A DNA stretch of 64,000 nt, from assembly GCA_905233275.1 (NCBI GenBank), contig CAJODR010000005.1, forward strand, positions 149 through 64,148, in the 5' to 3' direction. The notes under the pieces were generated by a model, which did no database searches, was not told the DNA's origin, and saw only the letters and a program-made list of their open reading frames with translations. The DNA is from an uncultured Bacteroidales bacterium. Its GTDB lineage: Bacteria > Bacteroidota > Bacteroidia > Bacteroidales > UBA932. The position numbers and the translations under genes were made by a program. This document shows positions 1 through 9,181 of this stretch, one piece after another (the first letter of the stretch is position 1; the number at the start of each line of letters is the position of its first letter).

Positions 1-2956
1 CGCTGGCGAGAACGTGGTCGAGACCGCCGTAACCGATATCGTATGCCCAACCGTCGCCGCCGAAGATCCACTGGCTGCGTGAAGGGATGAAGTGCTTGTA
101 TTCGAGGAGCTTGTTGCAGATGTCGCAACCGCATTTCTCCATGAGGGGAACGAGCTTGTCGGCGACTTCGCGGGTGACGGCTGCATTGTCCTTGTTCTCA
201 AGCCACTGGGTGAAGAGGGCCTTGATCTCGTCGGAGCAGCAGCTGCACTCGAGGCCTTCGAGCATGAGGCGCTGTACGGTGGCACGGGCACGGTCGGAAC
301 CGAGCTTCATACCGAGACCGAATTCGGCGGCGTCCTCGAAGAGGCTGTTTTGCCATGCGGGACCGTGTCCGGCGGCATTCTGGCAGTACGGGGAGGCGGG
401 GAATGAGGCACCGTAGATCGAAGAGCAACCGGTAGCGTTGGCAATCATCATGTGGTCGCCGAAGAGCTGGGTGATGGTCTTGATGTTCGGGGTCTCACCG
501 CAACCTGCGCAAGCACCGGAATACTCGAACAGAGGCTGTGCAAACTGGGAATTCTTCATGTTGGCGAACTTGTCGACAACGGGCTTGTAACCGACCTTCT
601 TGTGGAGATAGTCGAATGCGGCCTGCTCGTCGGTGTGCTCGATGTAGGAGACCATCTTGAGGGCCTTTTCGGGCTTGACGGGGCAGACGTCGACGCAGTT
701 TCCGCAACCGGTGCAGTCGTCGACGGAGACGCTCATCGCGAACTTGTACTCCTTGAGGTTGGCTTTGCCGTCGGCCATCTTGATGCCTGCGGGGGCTGCT
801 GCGGCCTCTTCCTCATTGAGGATGAACGGACGGATGGCAGCGTGAGGGCAGACGAATGCGCAGTTGTTGCACTGGATACAGCTGTCGGGGTTCCATGTGG
901 GGACTGTGACGGCGATGCCGCGTTTTTCGTATGCGGCAGTGCCGGCGGGCATGGTGCCGTCAGCGTATACGAGGAGGGCGCTCACCGGGAGGGTGTCGCC
1001 GGCCTGGGCGTTGACGATGTCAGCTACTTCCTTGACGAACTTGGGAGCGAGACGGTCCTTGCCGGGATTCTCGAACTTGGCGGAAATATTCGCCCATTCG
1101 GCGGGAACCTTGATTTCGGTGTATTCGCCGCCGCGGTCGACTGCAGCATAGTTCATGTTGACGACGTTTTCGCCCTTCTTGCCGTAGGACTTGACGATGG
1201 CGTCCTTCATGTATTTGACAGCCTCCTCGTAGGGGATGATGCCGGTGATCTTGAAGAATGCGCTCTGGAGAATGGTGTTGGTCCTTCCGCCTAGGCCGAT
1301 TTCGGCAGCGATCTTGGTCGCGTTGATGATGTAGACCTTGATGTGCTTCTTGCCGATGATGGATTTGACGTTGTCAGGAATGTTCTTGACGGTCTCTTCC
1401 TCGTCCCAGAGGGAGTTGAGAAGGAGGGTGCCGCCTTCCTTGATGCCCTTCAGTACATCATATTTCTTAAGGTAGGAAGGAACGTGGCATGCTACGAAGT
1501 CAGGAGTGTTGACAAGATACGGGGCCTTGATGGGGGACTGGCCGAAACGGAGGTGGCTGCAGGTGTAGCCGCCGGATTTCTTGGAGTCGTAGTCGAAGTA
1601 GGCCTGGCAGTAGAGCGGAGTGTGGCTGCCGATGATCTTGATGGTGTTCTTGTTGGCGCCGACGGTACCGTCAGAGCCGAGGCCGTAGAATTTGCACTCG
1701 GTGGTGCCGGGCTTTACGATGGAGAATTCTTCACCGACGGGGAGGGAACGGAAGGTGACGTCGTCGACGATGCCGATGGTGAATCCGTTCTTGGGCTCGC
1801 GGAGTGCGAGGTTGTCGTACACTGCCACGATCTGGGCGGGAGTGGTGTCCTTGGAGGAGAGACCGTAGCGGCCGCCTACGATGAGAACCTTGTCGTCACG
1901 ACCCTGGAATGCGGTCTTGACATCCTGATAGAGGGGTTCGCCGAGGGAACCGGGCTCCTTGGTGCGGTCGAGGACGGCGATGCGCTTGACGCTCTTGGGG
2001 AGGACGGCGAAGAAATACTTCTCGGAGAAGGGACGGTAGAGGTGTACGGTGATGAGACCGACCTTGCGGCCTTCTTTCTCGAGGTGGTCGATGGTTTCCT
2101 TGATGGTCTCGGTGACGGAGCCCATGGCGACGATGATATTCTCAGCATCGGGGGCGCCGTAGTATGAGAAGGGACGGTAGCTGCGGCCGGTGACTTCACC
2201 GATCTCACCCATGTAGCGGGCGACGATGTCGGGAACTGCGTCGTAGCATGCGTTGCGGGTTTCGACGGCCTGGAAGTAGACATCACCGTTCTGTGCGGTA
2301 CCGCGGGTGACGGGAGCGTCAGGATTGAGCGCACGTTCGCGGAAGCGGGCAAGTGCCTTTTCGGAAATCATGCCGCGGAGGTCGTCCTCGTCGAGAGCCT
2401 CGATCTTCTGGATTTCGTGCGAGGTGCGGAAACCGTCGAAGAAATGGAGGAAAGGAATGGAGGACTTGATGGTGGCGAGGTGTGCTACCGCTGCGAGGTC
2501 CTGGGCTTCCTGGACGCTGCCGGAGGCGAGCATGGCAAAGCCGGTCTGGCGGCAGGCCATCACATCCTGGTGGTCGCCGAAGATGGACAGGGCGTGCGAG
2601 GCGAGGGCGCGGGCCGAGACGTGGAATACGGTCGGGAGCATTTCGCCGGCGATCTTGTACATGTTCGGAATCATCAGGAGAAGGCCCTGGGAGGCGGTGA
2701 AGGTGGAAGTGAGGGCACCGGCCTGGAGGGAACCGTGAACGGCTCCGGCTGCACCAGCCTCGCTCTGCATTTCAGTGACCTTTACAATCTCGCCCCAGAG
2801 GTTCTTTTTGCCGTGGGCTGCCCATTCGTCGATGTTTTCGGCCATCGTCGAGGAAGGCGTGATAGGGTAGATAGCCGCGTGTTCGCTGAAAAGATAGGCG
2901 ATGGATGATGCGGCGTAGTTACCGTCACAGGTGATGAATTTTTTCTCTTTAGCCAT
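1..2956 (-). CDS. nifJ: Pyruvate:ferredoxin (flavodoxin) oxidoreductase, C-terminus runs off the window start
   Basis: Manual translation from ATG at 2956 gives MAKEKKFITCDGNYAASSIAYLFSEHAAIYPITPSSTMAE; later GLGSDGTVGANKN and ferredoxin CxxCxxC motifs. It is absent from the ORF track because it is open at the edge. Confidence 0.95.
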   Translation of the reverse strand, partial: MAKEKKFITCDGNYAASSIAYLFSEHAAIYPITPSSTMAENIDEWAAHGKKNLWGEIVKVTEMQSEAGAAGAVHGSLQAGALTSTFTASQGLLLMIPNMYKIAGEMLPTVFHVSARALASHALSIFGDHQDVMACRQTGFAMLASGSVQEAQDLAAVAHLATIKSSIPFLHFFDGFRTSHEIQKIEALDEDDLRGMISEKALARFRERALNPDAPVTRGTAQNGDVYFQAVETRNACYDAVPDIVARYMGEIGEVTGRSYRPFSYYGAPDAENIIVAMGSVTETIKETIDHLEKEGRKVGLITVHLYRPFSEKYFFAVLPKSVKRIAVLDRTKEPGSLGEPLYQDVKTAFQGRDDKVLIVGGRYGLSSKDTTPAQIVAVYDNLALREPKNGFTIGIVDDVTFRSLPVGEEFSIVKPGTTECKFYGLGSDGTVGANKNTIKIIGSHTPLYCQAYFDYDSKKSGGYTCSHLRFGQSPIKAPYLVNTPDFVACHVPSYLKKYDVLKGIKEGGTLLLNSLWDEEETVKNIPDNVKSIIGKKHIKVYIINATKIAAEIGLGGRTNTILQSAFFKITGIIPYEEAVKYMKDAIVKSYGKKGENVVNMNYAAVDRGGEYTEIKVPAEWANISAKFENPGKDRLAPKFVKEVADIVNAQAGDTLPVSALLVYADGTMPAGTAAYEKRGIAVTVPTWNPDSCIQCNNCAFVCPHAAIRPFILNEEEAAAAPAGIKMADGKANLKEYKFAMSVSVDDCTGCGNCVDVCPVKPEKALKMVSYIEHTDEQAAFDYLHKKVGYKPVVDKFANMKNSQFAQPLFEYSGACAGCGETPNIKTITQLFGDHMMIANATGCSSIYGASFPASPYCQNAAGHGPAWQNSLFEDAAEFGLGMKLGSDRARATVQRLMLEGLECSCCSDEIKALFTQWLENKDNAAVTREVADKLVPLMEKCGCDICNKLLEYKHFIPSRSQWIFGGDGWAYDIGYGGLDHVLAS

Positions 2957-2974
2957 AAAGTTATTTATTTGTAG

Positions 2975-3859
2975 TTATTCGGATAATCCGGAAATGGTGA
3001 CGTCAGGCCCTGCGGTGCGGCGGACAAGTCCCTGAAGGACAGTGCCCGGGCCGATCTCGAGGAATGAATCGACGCCTGCGGAGAGCATGTTTTTGACCGT
3101 CTGGGTCCAGCGGACCGGAGAGGTAAGCTGGGCCAGGAGATTGGCCTTGATGACCTCGGGGTTGGTGGTGGGCTCTGCGGTAACATTCTGATATACAGGG
3201 CAGATGGGCTCTGTGAACACAGTGCGCTCAATGGCCTCCGCTAGCTCCTCGCGGGCGGGCTCCATGAGCGGCGAATGGAAGGCGCCGCTGACGCTCAGGG
3301 GGAGTGCCCTCTTGGCGCCGGCTTCTTTCATGAGTTCGCATGCCTTTTCGACTGCGGCGATTTCGCCGGAGATGACTATCTGGCCTTCTGAATTGTAGTT
3401 GGCGGGGATGACGATGCCGTCGGAGACCGAGGCGCAGACTTCCTCTACCGTCTCGGTAGGGAGACCGATGATGGCGGCCATGGTGCCTGGGACGGATTCG
3501 CAGCAACGCTGCATTGCGGATGCGCGGACGGCGACGAGCCTGAGGGCATCCTCAAAGCTCATGGCCCTGACGGCCGCGAGTGCGGAGAATTCGCCGAGGG
3601 AGTGGCCTGCAACTGCGTCGGGGGCCTCTTCTACGCGGCAGCGTGCGAGTACGACGCTGTGGAGAAATACGGCGGGCTGGGTGACCCTGGTCGCCTTGAG
3701 GTCTTCGGCAGTGCCGTCGAACATGATGTCAGTAATAGGGAACGATAGGATTTCGTTGGCCTCGTCGAGAAGCCTGCGGGCTTCTTCGGAACTTTCGTAA
3801 AGGTTTTTGGCCATGCCGGGGAACTGGGATCCCTGGCCGGGGAACACGTATGCTTTCAT
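2975..3859 (-). CDS. fabD: Malonyl-CoA:ACP transacylase
   Basis: FPGQGSQ, GHSLGE and SGAFHS motifs; start taken at MKAYVF. Confidence 0.96.
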   Translation of the reverse strand: MKAYVFPGQGSQFPGMAKNLYESSEEARRLLDEANEILSFPITDIMFDGTAEDLKATRVTQPAVFLHSVVLARCRVEEAPDAVAGHSLGEFSALAAVRAMSFEDALRLVAVRASAMQRCCESVPGTMAAIIGLPTETVEEVCASVSDGIVIPANYNSEGQIVISGEIAAVEKACELMKEAGAKRALPLSVSGAFHSPLMEPAREELAEAIERTVFTEPICPVYQNVTAEPTTNPEVIKANLLAQLTSPVRWTQTVKNMLSAGVDSFLEIGPGTVLQGLVRRTAGPDVTISGLSE

Positions 3860-3865
3860 ATCACG

Positions 3866-3873
3866 CAAATTTA
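3866..3873 (-). promoter_or_regulatory. Bacteroidota -7 promoter element for fabD
   Basis: TAAATTTG on the minus strand matches TAnnTTTG immediately upstream of the start. Confidence 0.55.
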
Positions 3874-3937
3874 CTCAAATTCTACGGAATAATGAAATGA
3901 TTTTGCAGCTATTTGCTTAACTTTACGCAGCCAAAAA

Positions 3938-5305
3938 ATGAAATCCGTGAAACTGACTCTCAGATACCTGCTTTTACTCGCTCCGATTGTGGCCATCCAG
4001 GCCTGCGGACCGTCCTCCAGAATCCCGCACGAGCCGCGTACCACCGACCCGAGCTATATGGAATACCTCTTTGCCTCCGGCGAAGATTCACTCGCCGCCA
4101 GCCTCCACGAAAGGGCTGCTGACGCTCTGATAAGGGATAAATATCTCCCCCTCGCCGATCTCCTTGGCCGTATTCCGTACCAGCGGATTTACGAAGACAA
4201 TAGCGTACAGGTCATCCTCGACGGTGCCGACAAGTTCACGATGCTTCTCCGCGACATCGAGGCGGCGCGCGACTACATTCATCTCGAATACTACCGCTTC
4301 ACCGATGACGAATTCGGCTACCAGATCCGCAACGCACTGATTCGCAAGGCCGCTGAGGGTGTAGAGGTCCGCCTAATCATCGACCGCATCGCCAATCCAT
4401 CCGTCCCCGTCAGCTTCTACCGCATGATGGAGGACTACGGCGCCGAAATCTACGTCTACCACAGTCTCCGTCATCCCGGCGAGACGCTGCAGAGGCTCAA
4501 CAACCTGGACCACCGCAAGATAGTAATCATCGACGGAGCGGTCGCCTACACCGGCGGAATGAACCTGGCCCGCCACTATTTCAGCGAATGGCGCGACACC
4601 CACGTCCGTCTGACAGGCCCCGTTATAGCCGCCCTCCAGGGCATATTCCTCGACCACTGGCTCTACTTCGGCTGCAGCCTGACACATCCCCTCGACTGGT
4701 ACTTCCATCCCCTAAGGGAGGACGCTGTCACCGATGCGACTGCGTCGAATGTCCCCGCGCAAGCCGTCGCCACCGGCCGCGAATGGAAACACGCCGGCCG
4801 TATTCTCCAGAAGAGCTACGAATGGTGCCTCGACAACGCCGATACCTATTTCTATATGCAGAATCCATATTTCGCTCCTCCAGTCGATCTTCTACGTGCC
4901 CTGACAGATGCGGCCAGAAGGGGAGTGGACGTAAGGATAATGCTGCCGGAATTCTCCGACATCAAGATGCTCGAATGGATCAACCAGTCCTATTACAGGG
5001 ACCTGCTGGAGGCCGGTGTTCGTCTGTTCCACCGTCACGATCCGTTCATGCACACAAAATTCTTTGTCACAGATGATTACATCACCTCGATCGGCACTGC
5101 CAATACCGACGCGAGAAGCCTCGCTCTCAACTACGAGGACAATATGTACTTCTATGACGAAAACCTCGCCGTGTGGAACCGCGATACCTTCCTTAAAGAA
5201 GAAGAGGAACACTGCGTTGAAGTGTTCCTCTCCGATATCGAAACTTGGAGCGCCGGCCAGAAGGCCCTGCGGAAAATGTTCCGCGCGATAGCTCCCCAGA
5301 TGTAG
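3938..5305 (+). CDS. cls: Phospholipase D family protein, cardiolipin synthase-like, with lipoprotein-type signal
   Basis: Two HKD motifs (HRKIVIID, HTKFFVTD), YFAPP and GTANTD; N-terminus ends in IQAC. Confidence 0.85.
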   Translation: MKSVKLTLRYLLLLAPIVAIQACGPSSRIPHEPRTTDPSYMEYLFASGEDSLAASLHERAADALIRDKYLPLADLLGRIPYQRIYEDNSVQVILDGADKFTMLLRDIEAARDYIHLEYYRFTDDEFGYQIRNALIRKAAEGVEVRLIIDRIANPSVPVSFYRMMEDYGAEIYVYHSLRHPGETLQRLNNLDHRKIVIIDGAVAYTGGMNLARHYFSEWRDTHVRLTGPVIAALQGIFLDHWLYFGCSLTHPLDWYFHPLREDAVTDATASNVPAQAVATGREWKHAGRILQKSYEWCLDNADTYFYMQNPYFAPPVDLLRALTDAARRGVDVRIMLPEFSDIKMLEWINQSYYRDLLEAGVRLFHRHDPFMHTKFFVTDDYITSIGTANTDARSLALNYEDNMYFYDENLAVWNRDTFLKEEEEHCVEVFLSDIETWSAGQKALRKMFRAIAPQM

Positions 5306-5306
5306 T

Positions 5307-6224
5307 TTATTCCTTTACCAGCGTAATCGTGGTGTTGTATGTCTTGCCGTTGGCGTCTGTGGCGACAATGGTGAGTTTGGACTCGGAAGCAGTCGCGACT
5401 GCGCCGAACAGGCTGAGCATACCGCCGAGGTCGATGGTAACCTTCGTCTGATTCTTGATCTTGCTGATGGCGGGGAGGGAGAGACCGCTCTCGGCCTTTG
5501 CGTCGCTGCAGAGATGGATGGTGGCTTCACCGTTGGAGGTACGGGACTTCACGAGGTTGATGATGGCGCTGTCACCGGAAGGGGTGATGTCAAGGTCAGC
5601 GATTTTGCCGTCGGCTTTGACCTCAATCTTGCAGACGGGGGATGCCGTATTGATATTGACCGGATCAGACGGGACTGTAATCATGGGACCGGGTGTCCAG
5701 TGGAATGTCGCAGTCTTGGTGGTGGACTTGCCTTCTTCGTCTGTGAGGTTGATCTTGAACTTGAAGGTGGTGTTCTCAATCTCCTGGTCAGCGGTGAGGA
5801 GCTGGATGAATTTGCCGAGGTTGAGAGTGACCTGGTTCTTGCCCTTGAGTGCAGAGCCGCCGTTGGAGGCAATGCCCTGGCTGCGGAATTTGGTGCCGAC
5901 AGTGTTGTCGTCGAGGAGGTCGAGGATGGCCGTAGCGTGGCTTGAGGTCGCCTTGTTGGCGGAAATCTCGATGTACTGGTTGATAATGCCGACCATGGTG
6001 ATGGGGACGGTCGCCTCAATCTGGAGGACGTCGATGCCTTCGGGTGCTGCCACTACGATGACGGCGTCCATGTCATTGGAAATCTCGACAGTGGAGAACT
6101 TCGAATTGGCTTCCCAGGTAATCTTGGGGGCGTTGTCGCCTTTATTCTTCTTGCCCTTCTTGCAGGAGGAGAGGACGGGGATCATCACGGTGATGATGGC
6201 GAGTGCTGCAATAAATCTTTTCAT
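5307..6224 (-). CDS. Uncharacterised lipoprotein with two similar beta-rich domains
   Basis: MKRFIAALAIITVMIPVLSSC lipobox; typical codon usage; the two halves share a TD(E/A)xGK(S/T) motif. Confidence 0.8.
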   Translation of the reverse strand: MKRFIAALAIITVMIPVLSSCKKGKKNKGDNAPKITWEANSKFSTVEISNDMDAVIVVAAPEGIDVLQIEATVPITMVGIINQYIEISANKATSSHATAILDLLDDNTVGTKFRSQGIASNGGSALKGKNQVTLNLGKFIQLLTADQEIENTTFKFKINLTDEEGKSTTKTATFHWTPGPMITVPSDPVNINTASPVCKIEVKADGKIADLDITPSGDSAIINLVKSRTSNGEATIHLCSDAKAESGLSLPAISKIKNQTKVTIDLGGMLSLFGAVATASESKLTIVATDANGKTYNTTITLVKE

Positions 6225-6303
6225 AATATTGTAAGCCTTTTGTTGTTTCATTTTATTGAACCCCAAAGTTATGAATTATTGGGGCAATTACCAAAAAAAT
6301 CAC

Positions 6304-6311
6304 TATCTTTG
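6304..6311 (+). promoter_or_regulatory. -7 promoter element for tRNA-Arg
   Basis: TATCTTTG about 20 nt upstream of the tRNA. Confidence 0.6.
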
Positions 6312-6332
6312 CACAGCCAAGAGGCTCACTGA

Positions 6333-6404
6333 GCCCCTGTAGTTTAAAGGATAGAATAACGGATTCCGGTTCCGTTGGTCCCGGTTCGATTCCGAGCGGG
6401 GGTA
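6333..6404 (+). tRNA. tRNA-Arg(CCG), CCA not encoded
   Basis: Cloverleaf: GCCCCTG/CGGGGGT acceptor stem, ACGGA-TTCCGGT-TCCGT anticodon arm, TTCGATT T-loop. Confidence 0.92.
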
Positions 6405-6439
6405 CGAAAAAAAGAGGCGGAACGCCTCTTTTTTTCGTA
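6403..6439 (+). terminator. Intrinsic terminator after tRNA-Arg
   Basis: TACGAAAAAAAGAGGCG-GAA-CGCCTCTTTTTTTCGTA perfect hairpin with U tract. Confidence 0.85.
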
Positions 6440-6456
6440 AGTGAATGTGCGGCGAT

Positions 6457-6576
6457 GGGGCGGATGTGACTGTGCAAAACCCATGGCCGCCCGTGGCCAT
6501 GTGAACGGGCCTAATAGTGAGCAAAGCGAAGTGGGGGATGAGCGAAGCGAAGGTTTTGCATAGTCACATCCGCCCC
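6457..6576. repeat. Palindromic REP/RPE-like element, intergenic copy (120 nt)
   Basis: 25-nt inverted arms GGGGCGGATGTGACTGTGCAAAACC / GGTTTTGCATAGTCACATCCGCCCC; the core CCATGGCCGCCCGTGGCCATGTGAACGGGCCTAATAGTGAGC is identical to the copy at 22100-22198. Confidence 0.9.
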
Positions 6577-6611
6577 GTTTTGCGTAGGGACGAAAATACT
6601 TTTTGCCGTGA

Positions 6612-6661
6612 TTTCGTCACTGAAAGTGGGGGCTTTGTCACGAAAACGGGGTTTTCGTCAC
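6612..6661 (+). promoter_or_regulatory. Three imperfect direct repeats (TTTCGTCAC, CTTTGTCAC, TTTCGTCAC), candidate LytTR operator
   Basis: Copies start at 6612, 6633 and 6653 (spacing 21 and 20 nt), upstream of a TAACTTTG -7 element at 6711-6718. Confidence 0.5.
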
Positions 6662-6744
6662 TTTTTTTCGTCCCAGATAACATTTTCTTTCCGGGGTATT
6701 GACAGCACGCTAACTTTGCATCAGCAAAACGGAAAAGACAAGTC

Positions 6745-6894
6745 ATGAAAAGCCTTATCAAAAAGTATTTCAGCAGAATGCGTAATGAAAGACCTACTGA
6801 CGACACGAACAGGGTGCCTTCACCTGAAGGTTTCCATTCCATGATGAGGGATTCTTACGACAATTGAAATTATTTCTTATATTTGCATCGTAAA
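6745..6894 (+). CDS. Putative 49-aa small protein MKSLIKKYFSRMRNERPTDDTNRVPSPEGFHSMMRGFLRQLKLFLIFAS
   Basis: Manual translation; preceded by its own TAACTTTG promoter motif and an A-rich leader; below the ORF-track cutoff. Confidence 0.45.
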
Positions 6895-6905
6895 GTAAGT
6901 CAACG

Positions 6906-7721
6906 ATGCAAAGTTCTTCCATATCCAAAACATTCTTCAAGGCGCCGGCGTGCTATATTACTTTCCTGGCAGTGCCGGCATTTTTCGTGACTTGCGTCGT
7001 CTCGGCCGAGCCGTTCGGGCTCCAGAACTATCTGGACATGGGCCGGGGACTTTTCACCTTTAACCTGTCGATTATCGCGGCCATCATGCTGGTCACGCTT
7101 ACGCTTACGCGAATGCTTGTTTTCATTCTGCGCAAGCGTCTAAGGATGAATTGGGGCATATATATAATATGGTGTATGGGCGAGGCCTTTATGGTCTGCT
7201 TCTTCAGTGCTTTCTATTTAATGCTGATGTCGCGTGGGGCGGATTCTTACTACCATATCCTGCTCCGCTGCCTCCTCAATTTCAGCCTCATCATGGCGCT
7301 GCCTTACACCGTCATCACTCTCGGTATCCAGTGCTATGTGCTGTCTCATAAAAAAGCACCCGTTTCGCCTGAAGAGAATGCCCTCATTCGCTTCTATGAC
7401 GAGCATCAGAGGGTCCGCTTCATCATTTCCGGAGACGCCGTCCAGTATATCAAGGCGGAGGAGAATTACGTCCGTATCCGCTATGTCGAGAGCGGCAAGG
7501 TCAAGGACTACACCCTCAGGGCATCAATGCGCAAGATTGAGGAGATCGTCACCAAGCACGGCCTCATGCGCTGCCACAGGTCATATTACATCAATCCCGC
7601 GCATGTCCGCCTCGTGAGGAAGGACAGCGCAGGACTGACGCTCGCGGAGATGGACGTCGACGGCGTCGAAAGCGTACCGGTCTCCAAAAACTATTACGAT
7701 TCCCTTACCCGCCTGCTTTAG
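6906..7721 (+). CDS. Membrane-anchored LytTR-family transcriptional regulator
   Basis: About four N-terminal hydrophobic segments plus a C-terminal LytTR domain (YIKAEENYVRI, RCHRSYYIN, VPVSKNY); TATATTTG motif just upstream. Confidence 0.88.
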   Translation: MQSSSISKTFFKAPACYITFLAVPAFFVTCVVSAEPFGLQNYLDMGRGLFTFNLSIIAAIMLVTLTLTRMLVFILRKRLRMNWGIYIIWCMGEAFMVCFFSAFYLMLMSRGADSYYHILLRCLLNFSLIMALPYTVITLGIQCYVLSHKKAPVSPEENALIRFYDEHQRVRFIISGDAVQYIKAEENYVRIRYVESGKVKDYTLRASMRKIEEIVTKHGLMRCHRSYYINPAHVRLVRKDSAGLTLAEMDVDGVESVPVSKNYYDSLTRLL

Positions 7722-7775
7722 GAGGTGTGTAGACTAACATAAATTAATTAACGAGTAACATTATTAAGCATGTAG

Positions 7776-9159
7776 ATGAAACGATCCGTTGCCCTTATTG
7801 TATCTTGTTTTTTATTCTTGTTGATAGGATATTTTTCTCCTGTTCAAAGAATGATTTATTATTCCAACATGTCTTTCCTGTCAACGCCTATATGACAAAG
7901 TCAGATATAAAAATCGACTCTGCCCTTTTCGTTAGTCAAGACGACATCAATTCATATGCGATAATCCAGTCATTTAAACACGGGAAAAGCATTGTTAGTA
8001 TATCACCTGTTTTATCTTATGGCATTCTTACGAGCTATATAATACAATATGAGTCGGGATGGGAGATCGTTTCCTCAGATAAGCGTGGTCCAATAGTTCT
8101 CGCGTTAGGAGAGGAAGGAAGTTATAATGAAGAAGATATGCCTCCCGCAGCGATTGAATGGATAGAAAGTTTGAATGGAGAGATTGCGTATAGATGGTCT
8201 CTGAACCTACCAATCAATCTGAATGATGATAGGGAAAGCGAGAGTGTCGAATTTTGGAAAAATGTTACATTTACTCTTGGAGATGAGAGTATTATTACTA
8301 AGGTCGGAGATCCAAATGCTCCAATAGGGCATATAGAACTTATCTCCGTTGAATACACACCGATGGTCTATGACTCAATCCCGCATTTAACATCAACTCT
8401 TTGGTCTCAACACTATCCATATAATTATGCTTGTCCTTTCCAAAGGGGGAGTACTATAGCGAGAGTCCCTGCTGGATGCGGAGCTGTTGCTCTTTCTCAA
8501 ATGTTGTACTATCTTCATGATTCTTTGGGAGTGCCGGAATTGGCACCATCTTATGCTATATGTACAGGTGATATAGATAATTACACATTTGATATCCCCG
8601 AACCAAACTCTTCTACAATCTGGGATAGCATGCTTCCAATGGGTGGTTATTCTGATTGTTCTTATGTTTTGGTTGCAGATGCTGCTAATAGATTAAATAC
8701 CATTTTTACCGATACAACTGGTACGACTTATTTTTCAGACTTCCCTGATTATTTTTACGATTATGGAATCGGTAGCTATTATACAAATCATAGAGTATCT
8801 GATACTCTCATTCTTAATCTTTCAAACAATTTACCTGTTGTAATGAGGGGGCGTGCACAGATTCTTTAGGACATGATCATGGGCATTTTTTTCTTGTAGA
8901 TGGATTTATAAGATATCGCGATGAAATTAGGAGTACTTATAGAAAAGTATGGGATCCTCCTCGCCCAATCTCATTGGATGATGACATTGTGCTTATATCA
9001 TATTCAACCCCTTATATTGAATTGATTAAAATGAATTGGGGCTGGGGCAATTGCCTTCATAAAGATGATAGTTATTCTTTGACAGGTACATGGTTGGCTG
9101 CCGAGGATTGTATTTTTGATCATGGTTATTATATGCTCTCCGGTTTTCATGTATTATAA
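7776..9159 (+). pseudogene. C10 (streptopain-like) cysteine peptidase lipoprotein split by two apparent 1-nt deletions
   Basis: Catalytic Cys motif VPAGCGAVALSQ in ORF 7805-8869; His motif GHFFLVDG and MNWGWG in the next frame; signal peptide in a third frame from ATG 7776. Confidence 0.8.
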
Positions 9160-9181
9160 AATTATAAATAAATATATATAT

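Noticed and set aside
87-2908. Several long plus-strand ORFs
   Set aside because: Shadows of the minus-strand pyruvate:ferredoxin oxidoreductase.
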